The position numbers and the translations under genes were made by a program. Shown one piece after another: positions 14,788 to 22,607 of a DNA stretch of 64,000 bases (positions are counted from its first letter, which is position 1; each line of letters starts with the position of its first letter). The DNA comes from an uncultured Gammaproteobacteria bacterium (lineage in GTDB: Bacteria > Patescibacteriota > Patescibacteriia > Patescibacteriales > UBA12075), in NCBI GenBank assembly GCA_964459725.1, contig CAYWNT010000001.1, positions 27,529 through 91,528 on the forward strand, written 5' to 3'. Under the pieces are notes generated by a model. That model made no database searches and was not told the DNA's origin. It saw only the letters and a program-made list of their open reading frames with translations.

Positions 14788-16158
14788 ATGAAGAAAATTA
14801 TATTTTTATTGGTATTACTATTTCCAATTATCGTTTCCGCCCAAACCATCCAAGAGAGAATGTCTGGAAGGATTTTGTTGCAGGTTGAGAAGAATGGTGA
14901 AGCTTGGTATGTGAGTCCGGGAAATAATTTTCGGTATTTCTTAGGTAGGCCAGCTGACGCTTTTAGAGTGATGAGAGAGTTGGGGGTGGGTATAAGTAAT
15001 GCTAATTTGGAAAAGATTCCAGTAGGGCTTGTAGATTTTGGCCAAAATATAGATAGCGACAGTGACGGATTACCTGACAAGATGGAAGAGGCCTTAGGAT
15101 TGAATGTAAATAACGCTGACACAGATGGCGATGGACATGGAGACGCGCAAGAGATAGAAAATGACTACAATCCTTTGAGTGGTGGTGAAAGTCTTGTTGA
15201 TTATAGCTTTACTAAAAGTAATTTAGGTAAAATATTTTTACAAGTCGAGAGGAATGGCGAGGCTTGGTATTTAGATCCAAAAACTGAGAAGAGGTACTTC
15301 CTGGGTCGTCCTAATGATGCCTTCAGAATAATGAGGCTCCTAGGGACTGGGATTACCAATAATGATTTAGCAACTATAAAGTCATTCTCACCGGATTTTT
15401 TAGTAGAAGATGTTGAGCTGGTAGTACATGATCTAATAAATAAGGAGCGAGAAAAAGAAGGGCTAGGCACATTGAAGTGGAATGACGATCTAGCTAATGT
15501 GGCCCGTGAGCATAGTGCAAATTTGGCAAGAGAGAATGAGGATTTCACAGGTTTGGGCAAGAGCTGTGACTATCCTATTATTCATCACGAGGGATTTAAT
15601 TTTGGAATATATAACAGGGAGAGACTGGAGAATAGAAATGTGCATTATTATGAAAAAATAGGAGAAAATATTGCTCTTATGTCAGTAGCCAATATTAATG
15701 TGAGATATATGTCGGGAGATGGGATTGAAAAAGCACTAGAGGACTGTGAGGAGGGTAGAGATGATAATCAAAATTTTAGTGATGCGCTAAAAAAGGAAGA
15801 AAATGAGGATAAAAAGCTTGAAATGATAAAGTCTGAGATAGACAAAAGGAAAGAAAGATTTGAAAATACCGTATTGTTTGAGGACTATAGCATAACCTGG
15901 AGCACAAAAAATGAAATTTCTATATCTACAGTAGAAGGCTGGATGAATAGCCCGGGGCATAGAAAAAATATCCTGACTGAAGATTTTGACGAAGCCGGAA
16001 TCGGTTCTGTTTATATAAACGGATACTTAATCTCTACCCAAGTATTTATAAAGAGAGCAGAATGCGGGTATAAGGATGGAGCTTGCTGCGAGAAGGAGGG
16101 CTACTACCCGTATTGCTTTACACCCCTGGAGTGCAATCAAAATAATATTTGTTATTAA
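14788..16158 (+). CDS. Secreted CAP/SCP (PR-1-like) domain protein with two N-terminal ~55-aa repeats and TSP3-like Asp-rich repeats
   Basis: It has a signal peptide. The repeats are GRILLQVEKNGEAWYVSP...YFLGRPADAFRVMRELGVGI and GKIFLQVERNGEAWYLDP...YFLGRPNDAFRIMRLLGTGI. There is also a DSDSDGLPD...DTDGDGHGD segment, and the C-terminal CAP motifs are GENIA...GWMNSPGHRKNIL. Confidence 0.8.
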   Translation: MKKIIFLLVLLFPIIVSAQTIQERMSGRILLQVEKNGEAWYVSPGNNFRYFLGRPADAFRVMRELGVGISNANLEKIPVGLVDFGQNIDSDSDGLPDKMEEALGLNVNNADTDGDGHGDAQEIENDYNPLSGGESLVDYSFTKSNLGKIFLQVERNGEAWYLDPKTEKRYFLGRPNDAFRIMRLLGTGITNNDLATIKSFSPDFLVEDVELVVHDLINKEREKEGLGTLKWNDDLANVAREHSANLARENEDFTGLGKSCDYPIIHHEGFNFGIYNRERLENRNVHYYEKIGENIALMSVANINVRYMSGDGIEKALEDCEEGRDDNQNFSDALKKEENEDKKLEMIKSEIDKRKERFENTVLFEDYSITWSTKNEISISTVEGWMNSPGHRKNILTEDFDEAGIGSVYINGYLISTQVFIKRAECGYKDGACCEKEGYYPYCFTPLECNQNNICY

Positions 16159-16162
16159 ATAT

Positions 16163-16426
16163 TTATTTTTTATCTTTCCAATTCCACCATTTCAATTTTT
16201 CGGGATTGGGATTTTTATTTTCTGCAAAGTAGACAGCTGAGCGACAAACATATAAAACGCAACGATCAACCTGGTGTCCCTTTTTAGCGCAAATTCTCAA
16301 ATACAACTCTTCCGGATCTCTACCTTTCAGACCTGAAACATTTTTGATTCCAATATTGGAAAATTCCTTAGACAACTTCGGTCCAACGCCAGGAATTTTT
16401 TGGAGTTCTTTGTGAATATTGTTCAT
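16163..16426 (-). CDS. Helix-hairpin-helix domain protein (Cdd1/'pathogenicity locus' HhH family)
   Basis: 87 aa with LQKIPGVGPKLSKEFSNIGI (HhH) and RDPEELYLRICAKKGHQVDRCVLY. Confidence 0.65.
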   Translation of the reverse strand: MNNIHKELQKIPGVGPKLSKEFSNIGIKNVSGLKGRDPEELYLRICAKKGHQVDRCVLYVCRSAVYFAENKNPNPEKLKWWNWKDKK

Positions 16427-16684
16427 AATGAAAATTATAAGTCTTATCTTTATTATATCATAGAACTTGTATGGGTAAAGAAAAAAAAGAGGTCTGTTTT
16501 TGAAAAAATATATAAAATTTCTCCCCCTAAATCACTGTTGTAGTGATGCCTTTAGTCTTCTTCAGAACTTCTGGTCGGACTTATCCACTTTTCCACAAAA
16601 TATTCGCTTGATTTTTATTTTAGGAGTGCTATTCTTCTAATAGGCGAAGTAAATACCACTAAAATAAGCCAATAATACCAACCG

Positions 16685-16712
16685 TTGACTTTACTATATA
16701 TTGTGGTATAAT
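16685..16712 (+). promoter_or_regulatory. Sigma70-type promoter upstream of nrdR-nrdD-nrdG
   Basis: TTGACT 16685-16690, a 16-nt spacer, TATAAT 16707-16712. Confidence 0.55.
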
Positions 16713-16739
16713 TATATTATAAGACACAAGATATAGTAT
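16691..16739 (+). promoter_or_regulatory. Two NrdR boxes (operator of the nrd operon)
   Basis: TTACTATATATTGTGG (16691-16706, inside the promoter spacer) and ACACAAGATATAGTAT (16724-16739) match the palindromic NrdR-box consensus acaCwAtATaTwgtgt at 13/16 and 14/16 positions. Their centres are 33 bp apart. Confidence 0.6.
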
Positions 16740-16895
16740 TTCTTTGAAAATCACCAAAATACCTTTTTTATCTTTATGCAAAATTGGAATTGGTGTTTTT
16801 TATTTGACTTAAAAATTGTAATCAAGACTTTAAATTTCAGATATTTTTCAAAATACATCTTGAAATTTAAAAATTTGTAGTAATTATTAAGCATT

Positions 16896-17360
16896 ATGAA
16901 GTGTCCTATTTGCCACAACGTAGATACTAAGGTAGTTGATTCCAGAGCAGCCAATGATGGATATTCGATTAGGAGAAGAAGAGAGTGTTCTAAGTGCCAA
17001 TTTCGATTTTCTACATTTGAAGAAGTTGAAATTTTAGATCTTTTGATCGTTAAGCGCGACAAAAGGAAAGAAGCTTATAATAGAGACAAGCTTATAAAGG
17101 GGCTTAATAGATCACTTGAAAAAAGACCGATCACAGAAGAGAGGTTTAAAAAACTGGTCAACTCTATCGAGAGAGACCTTCAGTCTTTGAAGAAAAATGA
17201 GATCATTTCTGATCAGATTGGAGAGATAATAATGAAACACCTTAAAAAAATCGATAAAGTGGCCTATATTCGTTTTGCCAGCGTTTACCAATCATTTGAA
17301 AATATTCAAATATTCCAAGAAGAGCTGGAGAAACTGATAAAAAAGAAAAAGAAAAAATAG
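16896..17360 (+). CDS. nrdR: Transcriptional repressor NrdR
   Basis: 154 aa with the N-terminal zinc ribbon MKCPICHNVDTKVVDSR...RRRRECSKCQFRFSTFE plus an ATP-cone. Confidence 0.92.
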   Translation: MKCPICHNVDTKVVDSRAANDGYSIRRRRECSKCQFRFSTFEEVEILDLLIVKRDKRKEAYNRDKLIKGLNRSLEKRPITEERFKKLVNSIERDLQSLKKNEIISDQIGEIIMKHLKKIDKVAYIRFASVYQSFENIQIFQEELEKLIKKKKKK

Positions 17361-17384
17361 ATTATAAAATAGATTTTTAATTCC

Positions 17385-19508
17385 ATGCAAAACTCAATAA
17401 AAAAACTTATCAAAAGATCCGGTCAAATTGTAGACTTTGATCAGAAAAAAGTAGAGAAGGCTATATACAAAGCAACTGTAGCGGTTGATAGAGCCAACAA
17501 GGCCCTAGCAAAACAGTTGGCTGAAGAAGTAGCAAAAAAAGTGAATGAAAAATTTCACACAAGGAGCATTCCGGCCGTTGAAGAGGTGCAGGATATTGTA
17601 GAGAAAGTTATTATCAACAATAACCACACCAAGATAGCAAAGGCCTACATTCTCTATAGAGATCAGCACAGACTACTCAGAGAAGTTAATGATACAGAGA
17701 TAGAAGATAAGTTAATGGAGGATTACTTGGGAAGAGCTGATTGGAGGCTTAAGGAAAATAGTAACATGAGTTTTTCCGTGCAGGGACTTAATAATTATTT
17801 AGCTTCTTCTATATCGGCAAAATATTGGTTGAACAAATTATATCCAACAGAAATTAGAAGTGCACACATTAATGGGGAATTACATATTCATGATTTAGGA
17901 ATGTTGTCACCATATTGTTGTGGGTGGGACCTTAAAGATCTTTTACTTCGCGGATTTGGCGGCGTTGGTGAAAAGATTCAAAGTAAGCCACCTAAACATT
18001 TTCGTTCTGCTTTGGGCCAGATAGTTAATTTTTTATACACTTTACAGGGAGAGGCAGCCGGCGCGCAAGCATTTGCTAATTTTGATACATATCTAGCTCC
18101 TTTTATTAGATATGATGGTCTAAGCGAAAAAGAAGTAAAGCAAGCATTGCAGGAGTTCATGTTTAATGTGAATGTTCCAACTCGTGTTGGATTCCAGACT
18201 CCTTTTACCAATGTTACTATGGATGTGGTTCCTTCAAAAATGATCGGAGAAGAACAAGTTATTATCGGTGGTAAGGTTATGAAGGAGAAATATGCTGATT
18301 TCCAAGAAGAGATGGATACATTTAACAAGGTTTTTGCTGAAGTTATGATCGCTGGAGATGCAACAGGCAGAGTGTTTGCCTTTCCAATACCAACATATAA
18401 TATTGATAGCAATTTTGATTGGAACAAGGAGGCATTGGAGCCAATGTGGGAAATGACAGCAAAATACGGAATTCCTTATTTTTCAAACTATATAAATTCT
18501 GATATGGACAGGGATGACGCTAGAAGCATGTGTTGTAGACTAAGGTTGGATAATAGAGAGCTTAGAAAAAGAGGCGGTGGTCTTTTTGGTGCCAACCCTC
18601 AGACTGGGAGCCTTGGCGTGGTAACTATAAATCTAGCCAGAATCGGACACCTGGCAAAAGACAAAGAAGATTTTAAAAAGAGATTAGGCAGACTTATGGA
18701 TTTATCAAAAGAGAGCCTAGAAATAAAGAGAAAAGTAATAGAGAAATACTCAAAAGACGGTTTGTACCCATATTCAAGATATTATTTGGAGAATATAAAC
18801 GAAAGATTTGGCACATACTGGAAAAATCATTTTAATACCATAGGTATAAATGGAATGAATGAAGCTTTGATCAACTTTATACAGAGAGATGTTTCAAGTC
18901 AGGAAGGAAAAGAGTTGGCTGAAGAGATTTTAGACTTCATGAGAGAGAGATTGATGGATTATCAAAATGAAACTAATAATCTATACAACCTAGAAGCAAG
19001 TCCGGCTGAAGGAGCAACATATAGATTTGCCAAGAAAGACAAAGAGCTATATCCGGAAATTGTAGTAGCAAATAATGACGCTGTAGAGAAGAAGGGAGCA
19101 GATCCTTACTACACCAATTCATCTCATCTGCCTGTAGGATTTACAAGTGATATTTTCGAAGCTTTGGATTTACAGGACGAACTACAAACAAAGTATACAG
19201 GAGGAACAGTACTTCATGGATTTGTAGGAGAAAGAATCAAGGATATTGAGAGTTGTAAGATGTTGGTAAAGAAGATTTGTGAGAAGTACCGCTTACCATA
19301 TTTTACAGTTACTCCTACATTTTCAATTTGTCCTAAGCATGGTTATCTTCCAGGTGAACATAAATATTGCCCGAAGTGTGACCAGGAAAATGGATATATT
19401 GAAGATGGCAGTGTAGAAATGCCAGCAGAAACAGTTCAATCAAGCATGGAAAAGGTTAGAGAGGGCCAGGAGAATACAGAGAGAAGTATTATTGAAGCAA
19501 TAGCGTAG
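17385..19508 (+). CDS. nrdD: Anaerobic ribonucleoside-triphosphate reductase NrdD, large part lacking the glycyl-radical motif
   Basis: 707 aa with an N-terminal ATP-cone, a class III RNR core and the C-terminal zinc ribbon ICPKHGYLPGEHKYCPKCD. A non-conserved acidic tail then ends at TAG 19506-19508, and no RVxGY/W motif is present in this ORF. Confidence 0.88.
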   Translation: MQNSIKKLIKRSGQIVDFDQKKVEKAIYKATVAVDRANKALAKQLAEEVAKKVNEKFHTRSIPAVEEVQDIVEKVIINNNHTKIAKAYILYRDQHRLLREVNDTEIEDKLMEDYLGRADWRLKENSNMSFSVQGLNNYLASSISAKYWLNKLYPTEIRSAHINGELHIHDLGMLSPYCCGWDLKDLLLRGFGGVGEKIQSKPPKHFRSALGQIVNFLYTLQGEAAGAQAFANFDTYLAPFIRYDGLSEKEVKQALQEFMFNVNVPTRVGFQTPFTNVTMDVVPSKMIGEEQVIIGGKVMKEKYADFQEEMDTFNKVFAEVMIAGDATGRVFAFPIPTYNIDSNFDWNKEALEPMWEMTAKYGIPYFSNYINSDMDRDDARSMCCRLRLDNRELRKRGGGLFGANPQTGSLGVVTINLARIGHLAKDKEDFKKRLGRLMDLSKESLEIKRKVIEKYSKDGLYPYSRYYLENINERFGTYWKNHFNTIGINGMNEALINFIQRDVSSQEGKELAEEILDFMRERLMDYQNETNNLYNLEASPAEGATYRFAKKDKELYPEIVVANNDAVEKKGADPYYTNSSHLPVGFTSDIFEALDLQDELQTKYTGGTVLHGFVGERIKDIESCKMLVKKICEKYRLPYFTVTPTFSICPKHGYLPGEHKYCPKCDQENGYIEDGSVEMPAETVQSSMEKVREGQENTERSIIEAIA

Positions 19509-19637
19509 GTTAGAGCTGTTAGATGGTTTTATAAATTTTACCAATAGTTAAATAAAATAAAATAAAAAAATAAATAAGGGTTTAGATTTGAATAGTTAAA
19601 AGTAATTATTCAATCCCTAACCCCAATCCCTATCAAT

Positions 19638-19775
19638 ATGAGTCCTATCAAAACAAAAAGGCAAGAATGCACAATATATAGCCGAGTTGTAGGCTGGATC
19701 ACTCCAACTAGAAATTGGAACAAAGGAAAGAAAAGTGAGTGGCAAGACAGAGAAACATACAAGGTAGATTGTTAA
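19638..19775 (+). CDS. Detached glycyl-radical domain of NrdD (45 aa)
   Basis: MSPIKTKRQECTIYSRVVGWITPTRNWNKGKKSEWQDRETYKVDC carries the class III RNR C-terminal radical motif. It is in the same frame as nrdD but separated by five stops. Its stop abuts the nrdG start. It falls below the ORF-track cutoff. Confidence 0.55.
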   Translation: MSPIKTKRQECTIYSRVVGWITPTRNWNKGKKSEWQDRETYKVDC

Positions 19776-20519
19776 TTGAAAATATTAATGATAATTGGCG
19801 GATTGGAAAAATTTAGCTTAATTGATTTCCCGAAGCATTTGTCGGCAATTGTTTTTACAAAAGGTTGTAATTTCCGATGCCAATTTTGTTATAATCCCAT
19901 GCTTGTCGTGCCCGAAAGGGAAAATGGGTTTGAAAAAGATCGTTTTCTTGATTCTGAAAAATCAGAGTCAATCAAAGAGAGCGATCTTTTTGTATTCCTG
20001 GAATCAAGAATTGGAAAATTAGACGCTGTAGTGATAACAGGAGGAGAGCCCCTCTTGCATAATGATTTAGAGGATTTTATCATAAAGATTAGAAAAATGG
20101 GCTTTAAAATAAAATTGGATACTAACGGAACAAGCCCAGAAAAACTGAAAAACTTAATTGAAAAAGGTTTATTGGATTATATCGCGATGGATATCAAGGG
20201 CCCGAAAGAAAAATATGTCGAAATTACAGGAGTTAATATTGATTTGAAAGATATTCTAGAAAGTATTATAATAATAATGGAGAGCGGAGTTGATTATGAG
20301 TTCAGAACTACAGTTGCTCCGAGCATGCTAGAGCCAGTTGATATAGAAAAAATGGGAGAAATGATAAAGGGTGCTAAAAAGTGGTATTTGCAGCCGTTTA
20401 AGTCTGATACTGAGTTAATAAACAATAAATATAAGAACACTTTACCATATAAAGATGATGAAATGGAAGAAATGAAAAAAAGAGGAGAAAAGTATGTGGA
20501 ATTATGTGAAGTAAGATAA
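19776..20519 (+). CDS. nrdG: Anaerobic ribonucleotide reductase activating protein (radical SAM)
   Basis: Radical-SAM cluster motif CNFRCQFCYNP. TTG 19776 or ATG 19788 is the start. Its position is directly after nrdD. Confidence 0.85.
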   Translation: MKILMIIGGLEKFSLIDFPKHLSAIVFTKGCNFRCQFCYNPMLVVPERENGFEKDRFLDSEKSESIKESDLFVFLESRIGKLDAVVITGGEPLLHNDLEDFIIKIRKMGFKIKLDTNGTSPEKLKNLIEKGLLDYIAMDIKGPKEKYVEITGVNIDLKDILESIIIIMESGVDYEFRTTVAPSMLEPVDIEKMGEMIKGAKKWYLQPFKSDTELINNKYKNTLPYKDDEMEEMKKRGEKYVELCEVR

Positions 20520-20535
20520 AATAATTATATTATTT

Positions 20536-20856
20536 ATGACTGTTCATAAAGAGTTATTCGAAAAAAGATCAAGCGATGAAGATTTGAGAAGGATGGTTGA
20601 AAAGAATTTGAAGCTAACAGAGGATCTTCATGAAAAAGTAAAAAAAATAAATCGTTTTGTGGTTTGGTCTCAAATAATGGGATTTATAAAGATTGTTTTG
20701 ATTTTGGGTCCAATAATTATAGGAATAATATTTTTACCACCCCTACTCAAGGATGTTTTCAAGGAGTATAGACAGATATTGGAGGCTGGTACTGGAGCTG
20801 CTGGTGTTGACCTGAATTCACTCTCTCCCGGACTCTCTGATATCTTTAAAAAATGA
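20536..20856 (+). CDS. Hypothetical membrane protein
   Basis: 106 aa with one long hydrophobic segment, VVWSQIMGFIKIVLILGPIIIGIIFLPPLL. Confidence 0.5.
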   Translation: MTVHKELFEKRSSDEDLRRMVEKNLKLTEDLHEKVKKINRFVVWSQIMGFIKIVLILGPIIIGIIFLPPLLKDVFKEYRQILEAGTGAAGVDLNSLSPGLSDIFKK

Positions 20857-20888
20857 TTAGGTCACAGAGACTCTTACTTGAGTCTCCA

Positions 20889-20918
20889 AAACAGCGAATT
20901 AGAGGTTTGCTGTTTTTT
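20889..20918 (+). terminator. Rho-independent terminator
   Basis: Stem aaacagc/gctgttt followed by a T-run. Confidence 0.55.
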
Positions 20919-20935
20919 AATTCTAACATTTGAAA

Positions 20936-22033
20936 ATGGAAAATTTGTTAAAAAAAATAAAAAACCTTCATGACCAAGTGATAAAAACTTGGGAGCTTTT
21001 GGATATTGATCAAAAAAAGGAAAAAATTGAAGATCAAAAACTAAAAATGAACGCTTCTGATTTTTGGGATGACCATGAAGAAGCAGTGCGAGTCAGTAAG
21101 AATTTAGAATCTTATAAAAAAGAGGTGGGAGAATGGGAAAATATGAAAAAGGAAATTATAGATCTAGAGCAGTTAGTAGTTGAAGGAGAGAAAGAAAAGG
21201 ATGATTCCATAGAGGAAATGGTGATTGAGCAATATGAAAAACTAAAATCTAAATTTGAAAAATTGGAATTTTATATTTTGTTTGGAGGTAAGTACGATGA
21301 GGGCGGAGCTATCATTTCTATTCATGCCGGAACAGGTGGGGTAGATGCTCAGGATTGGGCTCAGATATTGGAACGGATGCTTCTTCGGTTTTGTGAAAAA
21401 AAGAATTGGAAGGTGGAGTTGGTGGAACGAACAATGGGAAATGAAGCAGGGATCAAAAGTTCCATGTATCACATTACAGGAAGATGGGCATATGGTTATC
21501 TGCAAAGTGAATCAGGGGTGCATAGACTAGTGCGCATTTCACCTTTTGATGCTGAAGCTATGAGGCATACCTCCTTTGCCTTGGTCGAGGTTATTCCGGA
21601 ACTTCCAGAGACAGAGGAAGTAGAAATCCAGGATAATGATTTACGAATTGATGTTTTCAAATCATCAGGGCCTGGTGGGCAAAGTGTAAATACAACAGAC
21701 TCAGCAATCAGAATTAAGCACGAACCTAGTGGCATTGTGGTCACTTGCCAAAATGAAAGATCTCAACACCAGAACAAAGAAGCAGCCATGAAAATACTTA
21801 AATCAAAATTATTTAAACTAGAAGTTGAAAAGAGAGAGGAAGAGGAACGAAAGATAAAAGGAGAGGCTCAAAAGGCTGAATGGGGAAAGCAGATTAGATC
21901 CTATGTTTTGCAGCCTTATAAAATGGTAAAAGATCATAGGACTAATTATGAAACACAAGAGACAGACAAGGTTTTGGATGGTGAGCTGGAAGAGTTTATG
22001 GAGGAATATTTGAGATGGTCTCATAACACATAG
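20936..22033 (+). CDS. prfB: Peptide chain release factor 2 (single uninterrupted ORF, no +1 frameshift site)
   Basis: SPF tripeptide (RISPFDA) and GGQ (SSGPGGQSVNTT). ATG 20936 is preferred over TTG 20930. Confidence 0.92.
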   Translation: MENLLKKIKNLHDQVIKTWELLDIDQKKEKIEDQKLKMNASDFWDDHEEAVRVSKNLESYKKEVGEWENMKKEIIDLEQLVVEGEKEKDDSIEEMVIEQYEKLKSKFEKLEFYILFGGKYDEGGAIISIHAGTGGVDAQDWAQILERMLLRFCEKKNWKVELVERTMGNEAGIKSSMYHITGRWAYGYLQSESGVHRLVRISPFDAEAMRHTSFALVEVIPELPETEEVEIQDNDLRIDVFKSSGPGGQSVNTTDSAIRIKHEPSGIVVTCQNERSQHQNKEAAMKILKSKLFKLEVEKREEEERKIKGEAQKAEWGKQIRSYVLQPYKMVKDHRTNYETQETDKVLDGELEEFMEEYLRWSHNT

Positions 22034-22049
22034 CTCGTAACACATAACT

Positions 22050-22070
22050 CCCGCCAATTCGGCGGGTTTA
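22050..22070 (+). terminator. Terminator hairpin after prfB
   Basis: Stem cccgcc/ggcggg with loop aattc, followed by ttta. Confidence 0.5.
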
Positions 22071-22071
22071 T

Positions 22072-22113
22072 CCTCCGGGGAGGAGGGCAGGCCCTTCATA
22101 ACGGCGGGCAGGC
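22072..22113. repeat. GC-rich repeat motifs (same family as 2566-2712 and 32199-32282)
   Basis: AGGGCAGGCCCT 22084-22095 is identical to 2689-2700. GGCGGGCAGGC 22103-22113 is identical to 32222-32232. Confidence 0.5.
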
Positions 22114-22226
22114 ATAACATTTAATTTTATTGCTATTGAGGGATTTGACAGGGTATTTGAAAAATTTTTAAAAATAAGTTAAGATATATTTAAAGCGAAA
22201 ATAGTAAACCACGAAAGGAGGTCGAA

Positions 22227-22400
22227 ATGGCAAGTTTTTTAAAAAAAATACATCCCAACACAAAACAAGAAAGAAGGTTATTGGGAAATGGGGCAAACAA
22301 TGGTGTCGCAAGACTTTTTAAAAGAAGTTTGCCAAAAACAAAATTACCATTTGATCTTTATGTAAGGGGAACCGCAGATGAGCAAAATAAAACCTCTTAG
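22227..22400 (+). CDS. Candidate 57-aa basic protein
   Basis: ATG behind the strong SD gaaaggagg. It falls below the ORF-track cutoff and overlaps the next small ORF by 23 nt. Confidence 0.35.
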   Translation: MASFLKKIHPNTKQERRLLGNGANNGVARLFKRSLPKTKLPFDLYVRGTADEQNKTS

Positions 22401-22551
22401 AGTTAGCCTGGATAAGATGAAGTTATTTGAAGTAAGGGATGAAATGAGAAAACAAGGTATCAGCCCCTTGGAAGAGGGACTTCGCAGGACTTTAATTGTT
22501 GATCCAACACTTAGAAAGACTGCAGAAATGCTTCGAGAATTTCATTGCTAA
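22378..22551 (+). CDS. Candidate 57-aa protein overlapping the previous ORF
   Basis: The ATG at 22378 lies inside the 3' end of 22227-22400. It is followed by a terminator at 22578. Confidence 0.3.
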   Translation: MSKIKPLRVSLDKMKLFEVRDEMRKQGISPLEEGLRRTLIVDPTLRKTAEMLREFHC

Positions 22552-22577
22552 GACTAGTTGTTCTTTGAGTCAAAAAT

Positions 22578-22606
22578 AGAGGGAAATTTTTTCCCTCTTT
22601 TATTTT
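22578..22606 (+). terminator. Terminator-like hairpin abutting the comEC start
   Basis: Stem agaggga/tccctct followed by tttattttt. The comEC ATG follows at 22608. Confidence 0.55.
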
Positions 22607-22607
22607 T

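Noticed and set aside
16751-17062. 103-aa minus-strand ORF across the nrdR start region
   Set aside because: It overlaps the nrdR 5' end and its long AT-rich leader in antisense. nrdR is unambiguous.
19509-19637. Simple +1/-1 frameshift or stop-codon readthrough joining nrdD to the radical-motif ORF
   Set aside because: The two ORFs are already in the same frame, but five stop codons lie between them, and the other two frames are also closed by stops in this AT-rich spacer. A single frameshift or readthrough cannot connect them.
20930-22033. Programmed +1 frameshift site in prfB
   Set aside because: RF2 is encoded as one uninterrupted ORF from ATG 20936. There is no early in-frame TGA with an upstream SD-like element, so the autoregulatory frameshift is absent.
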